Source: Eledone cirrhosa (taxonomy: Eukaryota). Taken from it: 64,000 nt of DNA. Location: contig OZ024741.1 of NCBI GenBank assembly GCA_964016885.1, positions 194,866,001-194,930,000 of the forward strand, written 5' to 3'. Positions 41,487 to 54,039 of this stretch are shown piece after piece. The notes beneath the pieces were generated by a model. The model was not told where the DNA came from. It searched no databases and saw nothing but the letters and a program-made list of their open reading frames with translations. Each line of letters starts with the position of its first letter. Position 1 is the first letter of the stretch. The translations under genes and the position numbers were made by a program.

Positions 41487-42236
41487 ATTATCTGTTGTAG
41501 TGTGTGATAAAAAAAACAAAACATTTATAATTAAACTAAAATTCATAAAAGAACCAAAATCAAATTTTAAAAATTTGACAATTTCTACACGCATAAAATG
41601 TGTGTGGTGCGCGCCTATACATGTTTGTCTATGTATATAAACAAACTCCAGAGTCTTCGCTGAGTATATATATAAAATTACATATTCTTTTATATACACA
41701 AACATATTAAATATATTAATTACATTCGAATTAATATTTACAATTGAATTAATATCGTTGTTTTTATATATATTATTTACATTCGAGTAAAAGCTTGCAC
41801 CGAAAAAAAATGTTTAATTGCACATGTCGAACACGAATTCAATGCGCCTGCGCGAACTGCTCGGAAGTGGACTGACGGACGGACACGAAATCAAAATTAT
41901 TAGTAAGATAAAGTAACAACGTCTAAACCCAGATTTTAAAGCTGCTAGAGTTCCACCTTTTAATACATTAAAATGACTGTTTAACCTTAGAGGTAATTAA
42001 TGTCCAAGCATTAATTATATTTATTCAGTTATTGAACTTACAACTTCTTTTTAAATCATCAGTATATTTTATTTACAAGTTTCCATACCCAACACATACT
42101 GTGGCCCATACAAGCTCGTATGGTATTTTGTATGTAAATGGATTCGCAACTGTCGTAGTCGTCATGACATATGGCGTGTCTTGGGCATTTTGAACCTGGT
42201 GGAGTCCATTCTGTCACCAGCTCAGCACATAGCCGA

Positions 42237-42281
<45 letters not shown>

Positions 42282-42309
42282 AAGAAAGAGAGAGGGAGAG
42301 GTGAGAAAA

Positions 42310-42478
42310 ACATAAAGAGGAAAACTTGATCCCCAGTACCGAACTGGTATTTTTTTAATCGATCTCGAAAGGATAAGTTGTTCTCAGTGAGTTTTGAACT
42401 CAGAAAACGCTGACAGCCGGAACGAATACCACAAAGCATTCTATCCGACACTCTAACGACTCTGCCAATTCGCCACAC
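42310..42478 (-). mobile_element. SINE family A, diverged copy
   Basis: Reverse complement begins GTGGCGAATTGGCAGAGTCG and contains CTGAGTTCAAA. Confidence 0.65.
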
Positions 42479-43185
42479 ATGCAGATTTCATTTTACCATT
42501 ACTTTATTTAAAACTATTTTATATTGTAATTCATATTCTAGTATATTCACTATACCCGCATTTTCTCTTAATGTGGCATCGTATTTTCTTTATAAAATGT
42601 TTGATGAGATAATACTATTGTTTCAACAGCGATTGATCCGTTAGAAATCTGTAACAGACGAGGCTTTTGTTCACTAATTGCGAAATGAAATTAATAAAAT
42701 AAGCCACTAATTGCTGCTTTTGACGTCGAACTCCCATGAGTTTCGAACAGCTATCCTATTTATCCAGTATGTTTTCACTGATGCAGATATTAGCGTGATG
42801 ACAAAGATTACAAAGAAAGGAAAACCGAAGAAAGGAAATATGAGACAATCTAAATTCCTGCCATTTCCTTCGTTCTTATAGCCAAAAGCATTTTCATGAT
42901 ATCTAAAATATATTTTCTTTTGGTTACTTTATACTATTTCCTTATTTCACATAATATACAGGAAGAGAGAGAGAAATAATTAAATAACGAAAAAAAAAGG
43001 ATACTCTACACCCCTGGCTAGGTGGTATGTCTCATCAGCAAACCCACGGATAAGATGGCAAAGGCATTGCCACGATTAACAGCCAGCAACACCTACTGCA
43101 CCAGCCACTTCAATTCACAGGGATCCTGGAGCCGAGGAGACAGGAGGTGTCGACAGCGGCTGACACAAAAAGGAAGCTATTATAA

Positions 43186-43370
43186 TGTGGATTGGCAGTA
43201 TCGGTAGAGTGTCGGACGCCATGCTTTCTAGCATAGTTACGTCCCTTTACGATCTGAGTTCAAATCCCGCCGAGGTTGACTTTGCCTTTCATCCTTACGG
43301 GGTCGATAAAATAAAGTACCAGTAATGCACTGGGTAATTGCTGGCCTTGTGCCTAAAGTAGAAACAATTA
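43186..43370 (+). mobile_element. SINE family A, young copy
   Basis: Nearly identical to 41303-41486; ATTATAAT on both flanks. Confidence 0.9.
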
Positions 43371-44816
43371 TAATAATGACAATGGTGAGGTGATATCTTT
43401 AACTCTTCTATTATAACCCATCTTTATAACACTTGTCAAATTTAATTTGGTATTTCTGTTGCTCATTTGGATGGCCCATTTCACTATTTATGTATTTATA
43501 TATTTATATATAGATGAAATGAGCAATTGAGACTTGATATATTGTCCTTGGTCACCGGCTGGTGGTTCAGTTCTCGAGCATAGAACTGAAATCTACTCAA
43601 ACTGTAAGTGAATCAACGAGATATACCTCATCGTGTTTGTTTGATTTGATCGCTATAGCAGCCAAATCTCTCTTAAATCACACCCACCGTCTTAAAAGGG
43701 GAAGGCTTACAATACATAATGTAGCCCTAGATACCTCCCAAAAATGAGATGGTCATGGCTGGAATGTCTTTGATCATATTGTCTGCTTGATCAGATTAGA
43801 CTTGAAGCTAAACAACAGCCGAAACAGTCATAGTTTTATAAACATTCTCTTAAAGCACCTATCTAAAATTTAGAAAATAGACCATAGAAAGGTATATGTT
43901 TTTTTGGGACAAGTTACAGGGAAGCTGATCAGATATGTCCAGCATTAGTTAACCCAGTGTAAAACCACACTGACAACTATCACATTCTATCCATTAAACC
44001 AATATCAGCCTTAAAATTGCGTATTAAAGTGTCAAGTATTTTCGTAATATAAAACCAACAACTCATCTGATTATCCGAACTTCACGTACAATTTGGAAAT
44101 ATCGACGGAAATTGGACGTATTTGATTTTTTTGCTGCATATATGAACAATGATGCAAATTGGAAAATTTGCGTTTTGATAAGTTTATGTTTAATATAAGA
44201 GAAGCCAAATAATTCATGTTGATTACCGACACATTGGAGGTGATTAGAGATAAAAAATAATATTTAAAACATTTCTTTCGAGGATATAATTACACAAATG
44301 TTCTGCATGTATGTACAAATGTCATACAGAATTAAATGTACTAGCAGAAAACCACACTTTGGGTGGTTTTCTGCTAGCATGTGTAGTGTGCATATTGATA
44401 TTATACGCAAATATATATGCATGTAAATATGATACGTCAAATAAAATCGTAATTGACAATATGCACAGAAATTGAAGAGAGACTGTGTTACACTCTCTTC
44501 TGTAATCAGTAAAGTAATCCATGATACATTTAAAAAAGACGATATTATGTATAAATTGTATTACGGTGAAATGTAATGAAAACGAAAAAGGAGAAAATTA
44601 GCGACGGAAATATAAACGTTATGATATAACGATGCACACATATGAACGATTATAGAGGCGATATGTGATAGCGTCCGTTATATCATAACCGGAAGTATTG
44701 ACATTTGAAAATTTTAAAAGAAGTGAATCTTAAAATAAGCAATCATTATATATAAGAATATTTATGTTTAATCAACAGCTACGAAATTTAGTACATAAAT
44801 TATATAATATTCATTC

Positions 44817-45735
44817 ATTATTTATTCAAAATTAGGTTAACTTTGCCTTTCATCCTTACGGGGTCGATAAAATAAAGTACCAGTAATGTACTGGGGTAAT
44901 TGCTGGCCTTCTGCCTAAAGTAGAAACAATTATTTATTCAAAATCGTGGTGAATTGGCAGTATCGGTAGAGGGTCGGACGCTATGCTTTCTAGCATAGTT
45001 ACGTCCATTTACAGCCTGAGTTCTAATCCCGCCGAGGTTAACTTTGCCTTTCATCCTTACGGGGTCGATAAAATAAAGTACCAGTAATGTACTGGGTAAT
45101 TGCTGGCCTTCTGCCTAAAGTAGAAACAATTATTTATTCAAAATCGTGGTTAATTGGCAGTATCGGTAGAGGGTCGGACGCTATGCTTTCTAGCATAGTT
45201 ACGTCCCTTTACAGCCTGAGTTCTAATCCCGCCGAGGTTAACTTTGCCTTTCATCCTTACGGGGTCGATAAAATAAAGTACCAGTAATGTACTGGGTAAT
45301 TGCTGGCCTTCTGCCTAAAGTAGAAACAATTATTTATTCAAAATCGTGGTGAATTGGCAGTATCGGTAGAGGGTCGGACGCTATGCTTTCTAGCATAGTT
45401 ACGTCCCTTTACAGCCTGAGTTCTAATCCCGCCGAGGTTAACTTTGCCTTTCATCCTTACGGGGTCGATAAAATAAAGTACCAGTAATGTACTGGGTAAT
45501 TGCTGGCCTTCTGCCTAAAGTAGAAACAATTATTTATTCAAAATCGTGGTGAATTGGCAGTATCGGTAGAGGGTCGGACGCTATGCTTTCTAGCATAGTT
45601 ACGTCCCTTTACAGCCTGAGTTCTAATCCCGCCGAGGTTAACTTTGCCTTTCATCCTTACCGGGTCGATAAAATAAAGTACCAGTAATGCACTGGGTAAT
45701 TGCTGGCCTTGTGCCAAAAGTAGAAACAATTATTT
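44817..45735 (+). repeat. Tandem array of SINE A with an exact 200-bp period (one half unit plus four full units)
   Basis: TATTTATTCAAAAT recurs at 44931, 45131, 45331 and 45531. Confidence 0.95.
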
Positions 45736-46195
45736 GTTCTTTAGGGTGTAGGTTCTTGTGGCCAATAAAGAAAGAATCATTTGTTCTTTAGTGTAAACTA
45801 CAACCCCAGTTATCTACTGAACCTCTCTCTCTCTCTCTTTACACACGCACACACACGCACACATACATACACACACGCACACACACATCACAAACATGAC
45901 ACATACTTTCTCAACCTCTCGCCTCTCTCTATTTCTCAATCTCAAGAACTCTTATGATTTTGTTTATTTCTTCTATACAAGTAGACAGAAATAAACACAA
46001 ATGCCAATGTATGCAAGTTCATTCTTTCTGTATCTTTCCATTTGTTCCCCCCCCTCTCTCCATCTCTCTCTCTATCTATCTCTGACATACAAACTCTTTC
46101 ACATGTCCATGTAAACACACACACATCCAAACATATACATATATCCATAAATGAACTCGCTCTTAATTACATATATACAGAAGCATCAGGCATAT

Positions 46196-46236
<41 letters not shown>

Positions 46237-46430
46237 GATAAATCTACCAAGAGTTTACGGTAGTGTCCAATCCGTATGAAGAACTCAATGTAATCCGGAT
46301 ATCATGGAAAGAAGAGATGCAATGAAAAATCACTTTCGGTGAAAGATAAACGGAATACAGAGTCAAGATAAAATATTAAAAAAATAATGAATAAAACAAT
46401 GAAACAGTTCATTATATTAAACAAAAAAAG

Positions 46431-46585
46431 TTCATTATTTAACGATCGTTTCTAGGATATATATGTGTTAGAATTGGCATGCATATTCAACAGATCTATG
46501 TACAAAATTATACAAAATTATACAAACTATCAAAATTAAATATACATACCCAACACATATATATGCCGTCTTCAGAAATAATGAA
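46431..46585 (-). ncRNA. Hammerhead ribozyme with extended stem II (inverted copy)
   Basis: Reverse complement of 51777-51931. Confidence 0.75.
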
Positions 46586-47189
46586 ATATATTTATTGATA
46601 ATAACAACAATTCAAAATTTCAGGTCCGTTTGGGAACAGAGTTCAAATTGACCAATGAAAATACAAAAAATTTTATGCAGTTTGGTGTGTGCATATACAT
46701 GTAATTAACTTCGTACACATATTTACATAAAGATATATGTTCACATGCATACGCATGCCAAAAAGATGTATGCAAATACAAAAATTCAAGGCTAATGTCT
46801 CTGTAAGTCTATAATCCACAGATAAAATGCGTATAGACACACAAATATGAAATAAATGTATACACACATTCATATACTCACACATATTCGTACACTCACA
46901 CACACACGCGCGTATATGCATAAACATACACATAACTACGAACATACATACACACACACACCCCCACACACATATATATGTGCATATAGTATTATCATAA
47001 GCATATGGACATTAATGCACGCACATAAAACACTGCCACACACATTTAGATCAGGATACATAAATTAGGTGGGAGGGGGGGAGAGGTCAGTATTCAACGG
47101 TTTCGGCAGACTGCCTATTTATAGATGTATCTATAAACTTAGAAATAAAAAGAAAAGAAAAAGAAAAAAGAAAAAAGAAATATATCAAG

Positions 47190-47227
<38 letters not shown>

Positions 47228-47234
47228 CACACAT

Positions 47235-47265
<31 letters not shown>

Positions 47266-47641
47266 CATATACATATATATATACACATATATACACACAT
47301 ACATATATATATACACATACATATACACATATATACACACACATATATACACACACATATATATATATATATACACACATATACATACACACACATATAT
47401 ATATACAAACAAGTAAAATATAAAGTATACATCGATATACATACATATAGACATATAAATAAATACACACGCATACACACACATACATATACATACATAT
47501 ACATACACATATATATAAACACACACATACACATACATATACATACACATACCATATAAATACACATACACATACATAGACGCATACATATAGAGACACA
47601 TACATATATACATATAAATACATAGACACATACACACATAA

Positions 47642-47680
<39 letters not shown>

Positions 47681-47740
47681 TATATACACTCACAACACTC
47701 GTATATATATACACACTCATACATATACACACGTATACAT

Positions 47741-47783
<43 letters not shown>

Positions 47784-47952
47784 TATATACATATACATAT
47801 ATATATACAGTCACACCTACATACATATATATATATATAAATACACTCATATATATACACACATACACATACATACCCACATATAAATATATATATATAC
47901 ACATAAATATATATATATATATATACACACATACACACATACACATACACAC

Positions 47953-48013
<61 letters not shown>

Positions 48014-48553
48014 TACACATACATACACATACATACACATATACACACATACATATATACTCACATACATATATACTCACACATAGGAAATGAATTTCCT
48101 AATATTGATACCATAACGTTAATAATTTTAATTTAGTTATACTATAATTAATACTCTACTACTATTTAACTTCAAAATTCTGCTTCAAATATTATAAACC
48201 TAAGTAATTTACACCTTAGAAATCAATATATTAACTATCTTTAGTTTAGTTAACCTATAATTAATGGTATACTTATATTGAAATGCATAATTTTGCCTTC
48301 TTTCTTGCATTTCCTAATACTGAAACTATGTAAACACATATTGAGATCCAAATACAGATTAATATTCTATGTTTCTTGAAACATATATTTACTATAATCC
48401 CCTTCTCCCCCCCCCCTTTCCCCCCCTACTATTATTATTTGTATTTGTAAGCGTGTATGTATGTATGTATATGTAGGTAGGTGTATATATGTTTGGGTGT
48501 TTATTTGTAAGTATAAAAATACATATATGCGCATGCAAATAAGGGTGTATGAT

Positions 48554-48620
<67 letters not shown>

Positions 48621-49114
48621 GTGTATGTGTGTGTATACGTGTATGTATATATATGTATGTGTGTATGTATGTGTGTGTATATATGTGTATGTATATGTAT
48701 GTCTCTCTATATATATGTGTATCTTTGTATCTATGTGAGTATATGTGTGTATGTACATGTATGCACATGTATATGTCTATGTGTATATGTGTGTATGTGT
48801 ATATGTGTACGTATGTGCGCATATATATGTGAGTGTGTGTGTGTGTATATATATGTATGTCTATATATGTGTGTGTGTATGTATGTGTGTGTATATATAT
48901 GTATGTGTGTATGTGTATGTGTGTGTCTGTATATATATATATACATATATGTATATGTATGTGTGTGCATATTTGTCTGACTGTGTATTAATTTTTTTTT
49001 TTTATTTTTTTTTTTATATATATATGTATGTGTATGTGTATGTATGTATGTATGTATGTGTGTGCATGTCTATATATGTGTGTGTGTATGTGTATGTATG
49101 TATATATATGTATA

Positions 49115-49150
<36 letters not shown>

Positions 49151-49254
49151 TAGATATATATATGTATGTGAGTCTTTGTGTATGTGTATATATATGTATC
49201 TATGTGTGTATGTATGTGTTTGTATGTGTATTTATGGTTGTACGTGTGTGTGGG

Positions 49255-49296
<42 letters not shown>

Positions 49297-49613
49297 TATG
49301 TGTATATGTATCTCTATTTATATGTGTATATATGTATATGTATATACCTTTTTCTTTGTATGTCTGAGTTGTGTGAGCGTGTAGTGGTGTTTGTATGTAT
49401 ATACGCATATATGGATGTGTATGTATTTGTATATATGCGTATATGTAAGTGCGTATGTGTGTGTGAGTATATATCTATGTCTATGTATGAGTATGTATGT
49501 GTGTGTATGTATGTGTGTGTGTATGTATGTATGTGTGTATGTGTGTATGTATATGTGTGTATATATATGTATGTATATGTATGTATGTATGTATATATGT
49601 ATGTATATGTATA

Positions 49614-49666
<53 letters not shown>

Positions 49667-49788
49667 TATATGTGTGTGTGTGTGTGTATATATATCTTTA
49701 TATATGTGTATGTGTATGTATGTGTAGGTGTGTGTGTGTGAGTATATATGTATGTGTGTATATGTGTATGTATGTGTATGTATGTGTA

Positions 49789-49847
<59 letters not shown>

Positions 49848-50026
49848 ATATATATATATATGTGTGTATGTGTATGTGTGTATGTGTGTATATATATATA
49901 TATATATTTATGTATATATATATATTTATATGTGGGTATGTATGTGTATGTGTGTATATATATGAGTGTATTTATATATATATATATGTATGTAGGTGTG
50001 ACTGTATATATATGTATATGTATATA

Positions 50027-50087
<61 letters not shown>

Positions 50088-50147
50088 ATGTATACGTGTG
50101 TATATGTATGAGTGTGTATATATATACGAGTGTTGTGAGTGTATATA

Positions 50148-50214
<67 letters not shown>

Positions 50215-50720
50215 GTGTATATATATATATATGTATGCGTGTATGTGTATATGTGTGTAAAAAAAAATATATATATATATGTGTTTATGTGTGTATGTGT
50301 CTATGTATTTATATGTGTATATGTATGTGTCTCTATATGTATGCGTCTATGTATGTGTATGTGTATTTATATGGTATGTGTATGTATATGTATGTGTATG
50401 TGTGTGTTTATATATATGTGTATGTATATGTATGTATATGTATGTGTGTGTATGCGTGTGTATTTATTTATATGTCTATATGTATGTATATCGATGTATA
50501 CTTTATATTTTACTTGTTTGTATATATATATGTGTGTGTATGTATATGTGTGTATATATATATATATGTGTGTGTATATATGTGTGTGTATATATGTGTA
50601 TATGTATGTGTATATATATATGTATGTGTGTATATATGTGTATATATATATGTATATGTATATATATGTGTGTGTGTGTGTGTGTATGTGTGGATGTATA
50701 TATATATATATATATATATA

Positions 50721-51151
50721 ATGTAGGAGGTGAGTTTTATTGTAGTACAATAAAGCAATGCAGATATCGGATAAGAAGCACTCTACAGTTTGTGGGACTG
50801 GAGTATGCATAATATAAGATCAAAAGATGGTTAAAGGAGTTCAATATATTTTATTATGCGCATTTCAAAAACAAACATCATCAAACAATAATATTTGTGT
50901 TTTCATCAGATAAAACAGGAGAACATGATATGAAGGCTAAAAAAACACTTGTTGATAGTGCAGTTTTAAATCAACATATGATATGTTGATTTAAAACTGC
51001 ACTATCAACAAGTGTTTTTTTAGCCTTCATATCATGTTCTCCTGTTTTATCTGATGAAAACACAAATATTATTGTTTGATGATGTTTGTTTTTGAAATGC
51101 GCATAATAAAATATATTGAACTCCTTTAACCATCTTTTGATCTTATATTAT
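50721..51151. mobile_element. Nested PLE-type perfect palindrome
   Basis: 171-bp arms around a single central base (50980), 88-bp tail at 50721-50808, inserted in (TA)n. Confidence 0.85.
51045..51111 (+). ncRNA. Type-I hammerhead ribozyme (mirror copy at 50849-50915 on the minus strand)
   Basis: TTTTAT-CTGATGA-[16-bp stem II, 15 of 16 paired, GTTT loop]-GAAA-TGCGCA-TA-ATAAAA. Confidence 0.88.
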
Positions 51152-51776
51152 ATATATATATATATATATTTTCTTGATATATTTCTTTTTTCTTTTTTCT
51201 TTTTCTTTTCTTTTTATTTCTAAGTTTATAGATACATCTATAAATAGGCAGTCTGCCGAAACCGTTGAATACTGACCTCTCCCCCCCTCCCACCTAATTT
51301 ATGTATCCTGATCTAAATGTGTGTGGCAGTGTTTTATGTGCGTGCATTAATGTCCATATGCTTATGATAATACTATATGCACATATATATGTGTGTGGGG
51401 GTGTGTGTGTGTATGTATGTTCGTAGTTATGTGTATGTTTATGCATATACGCGCGTGTGTGTGTGAGTGTACGAATATGTGTGAGTATATGAATGTGTGT
51501 ATACATTTATTTCATATTTGTGTGTCTATACGCATTTTATCTGTGGATTATAGACTTACAGAGACATTAGCCTTGAATTTTTGTATTTGCATACATCTTT
51601 TTGGCATGCGTATGCATGTGAACATATATCTTTATGTAAATATGTGTACGAAGTTAATTACATGTATATGCATACACCAAACTGCATAAAATTTTTTGTA
51701 TTTTCATTGGTCAATTTGAACTCTGTTCCCAAACGGACCTGAAATTTTGAATTGTTGTTATTATCAATAAATATAT

Positions 51777-51931
51777 TTCATTATTTCTGAAGACGGCATA
51801 TATATGTGTTGGGTATGTATATTTAATTTTGATAGTTTGTATAATTTTGTATAATTTTGTACATAGATCTGTTGAATATGCATGCCAATTCTAACACATA
51901 TATATCCTAGAAACGATCGTTAAATAATGAA
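51777..51931 (+). ncRNA. Type-I hammerhead ribozyme with a 116-nt stem II domain
   Basis: TTCATTATTT-CTGAAGA-[..ATATATATGTGTTGGG ... TCTAACACATATATAT..]-GAAA-CGATCG-TT-AAATAATGAA; perfect 10-bp stem I. Confidence 0.78.
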
Positions 51932-51985
51932 CTTTTTTTGTTTAATATAATGAACTGTTTCATTGTTTTATTCATTATTTTTTTA

Positions 51986-52056
<71 letters not shown>

Positions 52057-52643
52057 GAAGAGAGTGATAGATAGACAGACACAGTCTTCTATAATGACAC
52101 ACTGCCAACCAGTATTTATAATCTATCAATAAACTTTATGCCACAAGTGTTTACTCAAAAACCTATTTGTAAATATTTACAGGAAAAAAAATGGAATAAA
52201 GTAAAGTGAATTGAAGGAAAATCTTCAAATATTTAAGAATTTATACTTTTTTCGAATTGAATTGAACAATTTTAAACTTGAAAACAGAAAAAATACACAC
52301 ACATACAGAAACGAACACAAAAGTATAAATATAGACACTTATACAGAAACATACATACCCCTACGTACACACTCACACACACATGCACATGCACATATAT
52401 TTGTTTGTATAAACAGTTTGACTAAGAATTACATTACTAAAATTTAACAGAAGAGAGAAAATACATTCCTGTGAAACTCTAAGAAATGCAATTCTGAGTC
52501 AAATAGTTTATAAACAAATAAATGCGAACAAAACATTGAATGCTTTTTTCTTTTGTTTGCCTACCCATATCCTTCCTCCCCTCTCTCCCTTTTTCACTCT
52601 CTCACTCCCTCTCCCCCTCTCTCTCTCTTTCACTCTCTCACTC

Positions 52644-52649
<6 letters not shown>

Positions 52650-52734
<85 letters not shown>

Positions 52735-52748
52735 ACTCTCTCTCTCTC
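52650..52748. repeat. (TC)n microsatellite
   Basis: Seen directly. Confidence 0.97.
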
Positions 52749-52756
52749 TATATATA

Positions 52757-52880
52757 TACAGTGTTCCCGCGGCTTTCGCAGTCCCGGTTATTCGCGGAAT
52801 TTTCCTAAGAAACTAATAATTATTCCTGGAAACCACCACACATTCGCGGAATAGTAAATATCTTCCGCGATTTTTTATGG
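52757..52880. mobile_element. One end of a pogo/Tigger-like MITE
   Basis: TA|CAGTGTTCCCGCGGCTTTCGC followed by repeated ATTCGCGGAAT. The other TIR was not found. Confidence 0.45.
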
Positions 52881-53171
52881 CTTTTCAAGCTTTTTAACGC
52901 TAAATTATTAATAACAATATAACGTATTTGCGATGGCGAATATATGCAAGGATAATTACGTCATTATGTGGAGCGAGAAGAACAATTTCTTGCTATGAAA
53001 AAAGAAAACAAAAAAAAAAACATTTTTGCTATGAAAAAATCAGGAGACTAAAATTCTTTCTAGAATAGCCGAATGATTTCCAGCTACCGTGAATGGAAGA
53101 TGATGTTAATAAAGATAATATGATTAAACAAAAAAACTGAAGCCATTAATAACAGTAAAAGTAATAATAAT

Positions 53172-53276
53172 TATTTCTACTTTTGGCACAAAGCCAGCAA
53201 TTATCCCAGTGCATTACTGGTACTTTATTTTATCGACCCCGTAAGGATGAAAGGCAAAGTTAACCTCGGCGGGATG
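53172..53276 (-). mobile_element. SINE family A, 3' half
   Basis: Reverse-complement match to the consensus. Confidence 0.8.
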
Positions 53277-53454
53277 TGAAAGTAATAATAATGACGAGAA
53301 CATTAATAGTAGTGTTATTGGATTTAGGTTCATACATAAGTATGTGCTGATTGGTGTGAAAGGATGCGTAAACGAGGATATAGCGTATAAAAACATGTGC
53401 ACACACCTACTTACAAATAATATGCACACACACACACACATATATGTATATATG

Positions 53455-53543
<89 letters not shown>

Positions 53544-54039
53544 GCACAAGTAGGTAACATTTCATTTCACTTGTGCCGGTCTCGGATGGAAAAGCATCTG
53601 TTTTCGTCAACAAATGCTGCTTTGTGACTTTCTTTTCTCCAAAGTTCGTTTTGTGTAATATTTACAAAGACAAGATTAATCAAATGTCTATTGTTCCTTT
53701 CATTTATCTAATTTTTGTTTCTGTTTTTGCTAAACGTATCGCTAGGACTTTTTTCAAAACTATTATTCCTTATAGAAATGTCAATATTTTTCTAGCTGCA
53801 AAAATGTTCTTGTGAGTTTGTCTTTCAATATAGTGAGCGTTTCGGGTTGCCATTTTATACATGTAGGTAAACAAGATGTCAAAAAATATAATTTATTTAA
53901 GAACAGGCGTTTTCTCTCTCCTGCACCCTTTATGGGCAGATTTCCAGTATTAAAATACAATCTGTGAGAAAAAAACAAAACCATAAATAAAGTATTCTTT
54001 AGTATAGTTTAAACTAGAATCGTACCACGAAGGGAAATA

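Larger units (their letters stand above)
46232..51994. mobile_element. Large PLE-type fold-back, non-coding and microsatellite-rich
   Basis: 46368 to about 48065 is the reverse complement of about 49737-51994, apart from an insertion at 50721-51151. Tail 46232-46367. (TA)n flanks. One HHR in each arm. Confidence 0.85.

Noticed and set aside
42720-42790. Minus-strand CTGTTC-GAAAC-TC, resembling an HHR half
   Set aside because: The core and stems are too degenerate to call.
43000-43045. CTGATGAGAC on the minus strand, resembling an HHR first box
   Set aside because: No GAAA box or closing stems follow.
44617-44690. Short inverted repeat GTTATGATATAACG / CGTTATATCATAAC
   Set aside because: Only 14-bp arms, with no TSD or second copy in the window, so it cannot be assigned.
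44817-45735. Regular repeat array suggestive of CRISPR
   Set aside because: The units are near-identical 200-bp SINE copies with no unique spacers, there are no cas genes, and the context is eukaryotic.
47069-50812. Many long ORFs rich in Y/I/C/V/M or H/T (also near 7.0, 11.3, 13.2, 30.5, 34.6 and 52.5 kb)
   Set aside because: They are translations of TA/TG/CA/TC microsatellites, which lack stop codons.
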